Below, in pieces: positions 56,148 through 61,131 of a stretch of DNA of 61,131 nucleotides. Each line of letters starts with the position of its first letter. The first letter of the stretch is position 1. The DNA comes from Pseudomonadota bacterium (lineage in GTDB: Bacteria; Desulfobacterota; Desulfarculia; Adiutricales; JAGVGV01): positions 1 through 61,131 of the forward strand of contig JAHJTB010000059.1 of the NCBI GenBank assembly GCA_018830135.1, read 5' to 3'. Below the pieces are notes generated by a model. That model was not told the origin of the DNA and did not search any database. It was given only the letters and a program-made list of their open reading frames with translations. The translations under genes were made by a program, and so were the position numbers.

Positions 56148-57711
56148 GTTCCTGCCTCCTGATGAAAGGCGCCGCGAGAAGCATGACCGCGATCCCCAGA
56201 CAGGTCCAGGGCACCACGTCGCCCACGGCGGTGTAAAATGTTTGACCGGTCGGCCGGGGCGCCCGGCCCGACAGGTAGCCTCGCTCGAAAAGACCCAGCC
56301 GGCACTGGGTTCGGCCGTCCGGTTCGATCAGGCCGCTGATGCCCGTGTTGGCCGCCCGGATCACGGTCCGCCGGTTTTCCACGGCCCGGAGGACGGCCTG
56401 GGCATAGTGCTGGTACGGGGCCGATGACCGGCCGAACCATGCGTCATTGGTCATGATGACCAGATACCCGGCGCCGTTGGCCGCCTGTTCCCGGGCCAGT
56501 TCCGGAAACACGGATTCGTAACAGATCAGGACGCCGATTTTTTCGCCGTCCAGGTCCAGCAGCTTGCCTCGAGGGCCCGGCGAATAGTCTCCGGCCGCTT
56601 CGGTGACCTTGCCCAGAAAGGGGAACCATTCCTTGAGCGGCACATACTCGCCGTAGGGCACGAGGTGGGATTTGGCGTACCATCCCAGCGGGCGGCCCTG
56701 GGCGTCGACGAGATAGGCCCGGTTGAAATACGTGGTCCGGTCGCCTTTCTCCTCGTAGGCCGGGGCGCCGAAAAGCAGGGGCCGTCCGCTCCGGGCAACC
56801 ATGCGCTTCAGCCAGTCCGTGGCCGCCTCGTCCTTGAGAAAAAAGAAGGGGGCCGCCGTTTCGGGCCAGACCACCAGCCAGGGTTTCTCAGCGGCGGCCC
56901 GCATGGTCAGGTCCCGGTAGGTGGCCATGGTGAAGACCCGGTGACTGGGGTCCCATTTCATCTTCTGTTCGATTGAGCCCTGGACGATGGCCACGCGGTG
57001 GGAGGCGGCCCGGTTCAGTTCGGCCCGCACTTCCGGCAGGCGGTACACCCCGTAGCCCCAGGCCAGAAGCAAGGGCGCGGCCGCCCAACAGGCCGCCGCG
57101 ATCCAGACCCGGCGGTTTCGTTCCCGAAGGCCGATGACCAGTCCGGTCAGGGCCATGTTGACCAGGACCACCAAAAAGGTCAGACCGCCGGTTCCAACTA
57201 TATCGGAAACCTGGATCAAAGGCAAGGCGGGTACCAGGGCCGCTCCCAGGGGCTCCCAGGGAAACCCGGTCAGGAAAAATCCCTTGAAGTGTTCCAGGCC
57301 CGTATAGAGTGCCGCGCCGGCACATATCCAGGTCGTTCCGCCCGCCAGCCACCCCAGACGGTTTTCCAGCCGGGTCATTCCCAGGATGAAGAGGGCGGGA
57401 TACAGGGCCATGTAACCGACCAGAAGCAGGAAGACCGGAACGGCCAGCCAGACCGGCAGACCGCCGAAAAAGACCAGCACGTTGATCAGCCAGTAGACCA
57501 GGGTGCCGGCATGGACCAGCCCGGCCAGAAAACCGAGTCCGAAAGCGACTTTGGGCTCGCGGCCCCGGGCGGCCAGGAGCACGGGCGCCAGAGCGGGCAG
57601 GGCCAGGGGCCAGATCTCGGGACGGGGAAAGGCCAGGGACAGAAGCAGTCCGGAAAGAACGGCCGCGGCTAGCGGACCCGGGCCGACGGGTAATCGGGAC
57701 AGGCTGGGCAT
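56137..57711 (-). CDS. lnt: apolipoprotein N-acyltransferase
   Basis: 524 aa. Polytopic N-terminus plus a CN-hydrolase domain (VVWPETA, VLICYES catalytic Cys). The 3' end overlaps the prfB start by 11 nt. Confidence 0.9.
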   Translation of the reverse strand: MPSLSRLPVGPGPLAAAVLSGLLLSLAFPRPEIWPLALPALAPVLLAARGREPKVAFGLGFLAGLVHAGTLVYWLINVLVFFGGLPVWLAVPVFLLLVGYMALYPALFILGMTRLENRLGWLAGGTTWICAGAALYTGLEHFKGFFLTGFPWEPLGAALVPALPLIQVSDIVGTGGLTFLVVLVNMALTGLVIGLRERNRRVWIAAACWAAAPLLLAWGYGVYRLPEVRAELNRAASHRVAIVQGSIEQKMKWDPSHRVFTMATYRDLTMRAAAEKPWLVVWPETAAPFFFLKDEAATDWLKRMVARSGRPLLFGAPAYEEKGDRTTYFNRAYLVDAQGRPLGWYAKSHLVPYGEYVPLKEWFPFLGKVTEAAGDYSPGPRGKLLDLDGEKIGVLICYESVFPELAREQAANGAGYLVIMTNDAWFGRSSAPYQHYAQAVLRAVENRRTVIRAANTGISGLIEPDGRTQCRLGLFERGYLSGRAPRPTGQTFYTAVGDVVPWTCLGIAVMLLAAPFIRRQEHVG

Positions 57712-57722
57712 AGGGTGCGTAG

Positions 57723-58589
57723 TCAGGCCGTGCCGGTGCTCAGGCCGCGTGAGTCGACGAGCCGCTTGACTTCAACCTGGTTGATCTTGCGTTCGTCCGC
57801 GGAAAGGATGGTGATCAGAAGATCGGCGTACTCGATCCGCTCGCTTTCCTGAGGCACCCGGCCGGTCAGATCGGTCAGGAAGCCTCCCACGGTTTCGTAA
57901 TCCCCCTCGGGGAATTCGATCTTCAGAAGGTCCTCCAGTTCCTCGATGTTGAGGCGGGCATCCACAAGGAAGGTGTACTCGTCCACCGGCACGATCAGGT
58001 CTTCCTCCTGATCGTACTCGTCGTGGATTTCTCCGACGATCTCCTCGATGATGTCTTCCAGGGTGATGAGGCCGGCCGTGCCTCCGTATTCGTCGATGAT
58101 GATGGCCATGTGGCTCTTTTGGGCCCGCAGTTCGGCCAGCAGGTCCACGACCCGTTTGCTCTCCGGCACGAAGATGGGTGTACGGATGATCTCCCGGGGC
58201 AGGGGGTCCTCGAGTGATCGCCCCCAGTATGGCAGCAGGTCCTTGGCGTGAAGCACACCGATGATACGATCGATCTCGTTCTCGTAGATCGGCAGGCGGG
58301 TGTGTCCTTTCTGCATGATCATGGTGATAATCTGCCCGAGCGGCAGGTCGGCGGGCGCGGCGACTATCGAGATACGGGGGACCATGATCTCCCGGGCCAC
58401 GGTATCGCCCAACTCGAAGATGCTCTGGATCATCTCCCCTTCGTTCGAGGTGATGACGCCGCTCTCGCTCCCCAGGTCGATCAGGTCCTGGATTTCTTCT
58501 TCAAGCCGGCCGGCTGAATGGCCATTTTTCAGGCGCCTAAAAAACATTCGGAGCCTGCCGATCAGGCCTTGTGATGGACCGTCCTCCAA
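57723..58589 (-). CDS. corC: CBS-pair / CorC_HlyC domain protein (Mg/Co efflux-related CorC family)
   Basis: 288 aa. Tandem CBS domains followed by the CorC/HlyC C-terminal domain (GGFLTDLTGRVP). Confidence 0.8.
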   Translation of the reverse strand: MEDGPSQGLIGRLRMFFRRLKNGHSAGRLEEEIQDLIDLGSESGVITSNEGEMIQSIFELGDTVAREIMVPRISIVAAPADLPLGQIITMIMQKGHTRLPIYENEIDRIIGVLHAKDLLPYWGRSLEDPLPREIIRTPIFVPESKRVVDLLAELRAQKSHMAIIIDEYGGTAGLITLEDIIEEIVGEIHDEYDQEEDLIVPVDEYTFLVDARLNIEELEDLLKIEFPEGDYETVGGFLTDLTGRVPQESERIEYADLLITILSADERKINQVEVKRLVDSRGLSTGTA

Positions 58590-58614
58590 ACGAGCGTTAC
58601 CTCACATGAATTAC

Positions 58615-60483
58615 TCAGGCAGTGACTTCCAGCGCCTGGGTCTGTATCAGGCTGATGTCGTACCGGGAAATCCGGGACGAAATATCCGCTTCGCTCAGGC
58701 CGAGCATGCCGGCCGCCTGGGCGGTCGAGCCGTTGGACCGGGCCAGGGCCTGGCGGATCAGGTCCTTTTCCACCTCGATCAGGACGTCCGGTATCCGCTC
58801 GCCCTCGGGCGTTTGAAAGGCCTCACCCCCGAGACGCACGTTGACGGGCAGGTCGTCGAGGACGACGCGGTCGCCCGCCAGGAAAAGGGATATGCGTTCG
58901 ATAACGTTCTGCAGTTCGCCCACGTTGCCGGGCCAGGGATAGGCCCTCAGGCATTCGATGGCGGCCTGGTCGATGTCCGGCGGGGACATCCCCCGCTGCC
59001 TGGCTTCCTGGGCCAGGAAGTGCCGGGCCAGGACGACGATGTCGTCCTTGACCTCGCGTAGCGGCGGCATGGTCAGGGAGACCTGGGACAGGCGCTGGTA
59101 AAGATCGTCCCGGAACTGGCCGTCCTCGACCAGGCGGTCCAGGTCCTCGCTGGTCGAGGAGATGATGCGGACGTTGACCGGTCTGGGACGTGTCGAACCG
59201 ACCCGGTAGATGACGCCTTCCTCGATGCAGCGCAATAACTCGACCTGAACCGAAAGCGAGAGGTGGTCGATGTTCTGGAGGAACAAGGTGCCTCCGTCCG
59301 CCTCCTCCATCAGGCCCGGAGTGTCCTCCTCGGCCAGGGTTCCGGCCTCATCGCCGAAAAGAATGCCTTCGATCTGGCCCGCATGGTGGGCGGCGCAGTT
59401 GAGGGCCACGAACGGTCCCTGTTTGCGGCGGCTCAGGGCATGAATCCGTACGGCCAGGACCTCCTTGCCCGTCCCCGTTTCACCGGTCAAAATGATCCGG
59501 CTGTCCGTGGCCGCCATCTGACCGGCCGTGATCAGCAGGGCCTTGATCTGCTGGTCTTCGCCGACAAAATTCTTTTCCTGCAGTTCCTCTTCCTTGGTCA
59601 GGCGGTAGTCGAGCTGGCCGAGCAGGGTGGCGTTGACCAGGGCCGAGGCGACCAGGGCGCCCAAGGCGCCGAGGAAGACCAGGTCCTGGTTCTTGAAACC
59701 CCGCTTGTCGCTTTCGACGTGGAGCAGGCCCCGGCGGTCGCCCGGACCGTCCAGGGGCACGGTCATGGCCGGCTTGTCCACCCGGTCGAGTTCGCGGAGG
59801 CCTTTGGAAAAATGCAGGTTGGCCAGGGAGTAAGGCCAAAGCACGGCCTGGTTTTCTTTCAGGACCCGGTCCGCGACCGGTCGGGGGATGACCGTGTGCC
59901 CGCCCTGAGGGGTGACGATCAAAGCGGTCAGCCGTTCGGCTTCGATGCTTTCGGGCCAGAGCAGGGCAATCCGGCTGGCTTCGAACAGACGGGAGATCGC
60001 ATAGGCGGTCTGTTTGAGAACACGGGTCAGCTTGGGCCGGCGGGTCAGGGCCGAGGCGACTTTGAGCAGGGGCAGGACAAAGGGTTTTTCCAGGGAGCCC
60101 AGGTCCGGGTCCGCGGGCGCGCCGATCATGCCTTCGGGGTCGCTATCGACGTCGCCGACGATAAAGGCCACCCCTTCCCCGCCCAGGGCCACTTCGAGAT
60201 CCGGGTCGAACAGGAAGACCTCCTGCCCTACCTTGATCTCGTCGTTTTTCTTCAGCGGGACGGTTCCCTCGATCCGGACTTCGTTGTGCAGGGTCCCGTT
60301 GGTGCTGCCCAGGTCCTGAAGAAAATATCCGTCCTCACCCTGAAAAATCTCGGCGTGAAACCGGGAGGAGGCCCGGTCGAACAGGATCAGATCGCACTCC
60401 GGCGAACGTCCCAGAACGGCCCGCTCGCCCACTTCGAAACGAAAACCGAATCGATCTTCCCTGAAGGCGAAGAGGATTGGCAT
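58615..60483 (-). CDS. FHA-GAF-AAA+-HTH regulator (sigma-54 activator-like, degenerate GAFTGA and Walker B)
   Basis: 622 aa from ATG 60483 (MPILFAF). FHA domain (VLGRSPECDLILFDRASSRFHAEI...GSTNGT), GAF-like middle region, Walker A GETGTGKE and a C-terminal HTH. The GAFTGA position reads GTLAEE (nt 59326-59343). Walker B reads TLFLQNID instead of FLDEI (QN = nt 59272-59277). Confidence 0.85.
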   Translation of the reverse strand: MPILFAFREDRFGFRFEVGERAVLGRSPECDLILFDRASSRFHAEIFQGEDGYFLQDLGSTNGTLHNEVRIEGTVPLKKNDEIKVGQEVFLFDPDLEVALGGEGVAFIVGDVDSDPEGMIGAPADPDLGSLEKPFVLPLLKVASALTRRPKLTRVLKQTAYAISRLFEASRIALLWPESIEAERLTALIVTPQGGHTVIPRPVADRVLKENQAVLWPYSLANLHFSKGLRELDRVDKPAMTVPLDGPGDRRGLLHVESDKRGFKNQDLVFLGALGALVASALVNATLLGQLDYRLTKEEELQEKNFVGEDQQIKALLITAGQMAATDSRIILTGETGTGKEVLAVRIHALSRRKQGPFVALNCAAHHAGQIEGILFGDEAGTLAEEDTPGLMEEADGGTLFLQNIDHLSLSVQVELLRCIEEGVIYRVGSTRPRPVNVRIISSTSEDLDRLVEDGQFRDDLYQRLSQVSLTMPPLREVKDDIVVLARHFLAQEARQRGMSPPDIDQAAIECLRAYPWPGNVGELQNVIERISLFLAGDRVVLDDLPVNVRLGGEAFQTPEGERIPDVLIEVEKDLIRQALARSNGSTAQAAGMLGLSEADISSRISRYDISLIQTQALEVTA

Positions 60484-60702
60484 ATGCCCGATTAAACCCT
60501 GTGGCCTTTTCGAGTCGTATCCTCGAATGATTGATGGTGAATCAACCGCCGCACACGGCACTCAAAGCTATACCTTGCCATGAAATCCCATCTCTGTCAA
60601 TAAGTTATCGATAGGAACCGGCCGGCGTTCCTTGGGCTCCGAAACCAATCGGCCGCCGGGGCCGCAAAACGAATGGCCAGGGCCTGAGCCGGCGGGCGCC
60701 GT

Positions 60703-61131
60703 TCAGGCCCGAAAAGCATAGGTCAGGACCTTGTAGGCCAGGCGGGCGGCCAGAAAATCCGGGGCGATCAGACCGGGAATCGGGGCCAGTTCCACCAGAT
60801 CGAATCCCACGATCCGCCGTTTGCGGGCCACGGACCGGACCAGGTCGATCACCTCGGGCCAGAAAAGGCCGCCCGGCTCGGGGGTGCCCACCGAAGGCAT
60901 GATGCCGGGGTCAAAGACGTCCAGGTCGATAGTCAGATAGACGTGTTCGCTCAACCGGTCCACCAGGGGGGCGAGCCAGGACCGGTGGCCGGACATGTCC
61001 CGGGCCAGAAGCGGGTTCAGGCCTCTTTCCCGAATGAACTCGCTCTCTTCCCGGCTGAAGCTGCGGAGCCCGGCCGCGACCACCGGCGCAAATTCCAGGG
61101 CCCGCCGCATGACGCAGGCGTGGGAATAAGG
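60703..61131 (-). CDS. speB: agmatinase/arginase-family ureohydrolase, C-terminal part (5' end outside the window)
   Basis: The frame stays open to the window edge. Ureohydrolase motifs YLTIDLDVFDPG and GFDLVELAP are present. Confidence 0.8.
   Translation of the reverse strand, partial: PYSHACVMRRALEFAPVVAAGLRSFSREESEFIRERGLNPLLARDMSGHRSWLAPLVDRLSEHVYLTIDLDVFDPGIMPSVGTPEPGGLFWPEVIDLVRSVARKRRIVGFDLVELAPIPGLIAPDFLAARLAYKVLTYAFRA

Noticed and set aside
56148-56440. N-terminal extension of the prfB track ORF, and the similar extension of the amidase ORF at 52740-53063.
   Set aside because: These are artefacts of reading the +1 frame of prfB upstream of the frameshift site, into lnt, and of reading the amidase frame back into mutS. 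The true starts are supported by the frameshift architecture and by the ATGA overlap respectively.
60565-60580. Minus-strand TGGCAAGGTATAGCTT upstream of the FHA regulator gene, considered as a sigma-54 promoter.
   Set aside because: The GC of the -12 element is one nucleotide too close to the -24 GG, and sigma-54 promoters tolerate little spacing variation.
1-61131. Search for CRISPR arrays, tRNA/rRNA genes, IS elements or transposases, integrases, toxin-antitoxin pairs and known phage-defence genes.
   Set aside because: I found no direct-repeat arrays, no cloverleaf-like or rRNA-like sequences, and no transposase, integrase or defence-type translations in any frame. The only RNA gene recognised is rnpB.

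Overview
High-GC (by eye) bacterial chromosomal segment. Gene content suggests a Desulfovibrio-type sulfate reducer: AhbA/B-type haem gene beside hemL, a split atpZ-I-B-E operon followed by rex, an ispDF fusion, several sigma-54-type regulators and a TAXI-TRAP system. That host assignment is an inference. I support about 50 CDS, one RNase P RNA, and no tRNA, rRNA, CRISPR or IS element.

Housekeeping blocks:
- moxR-VWA, ahb-hemL, atpZIBE, rex
- fmdE plus a Mo-cofactor-binding protein, a pfkB kinase
- uvrC, an orphan binding protein, uvrB, cysS, ispDF, rnpB, rnhA
- gpmI, glgB, glgP, dprA-topA, dinB
- yfcE, HIT, lapA, lapB, mutS, amidase
- prfB (programmed +1 frameshift), lnt, corC, speB

The most unusual region is 28.1-43.7 kb. 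Eleven co-directional genes lie divergent from a GAF/sigma-54 activator:
- two type-I sulfatase-fold proteins, one with a non-canonical T-I-P-T-R active-site motif
- three alkylsulfatase-like metallo-beta-lactamase proteins, two of them tandem paralogs
- a DhlA-like haloalkane dehalogenase
- two Cys-rich Fe-S proteins, one with an interrupted reading frame
- a TAXI-TRAP importer

I read this as a candidate cytoplasmic organosulfate/organohalide scavenging system with no characterised counterpart that I know of.

Other points of interest:
- an FHA-GAF-AAA+ regulator whose GAFTGA loop and Walker B are degenerate
- rnpB wedged between rnhA and ispDF
- candidate Rex operators, and a candidate leaderless pfkB mRNA
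- an AT-richer islet with small secreted proteins

Coordinates come from the ORF track plus manual indexing. No alignments or statistics were computed. Many long ORFs antisense to conserved genes are treated as high-GC artefacts.
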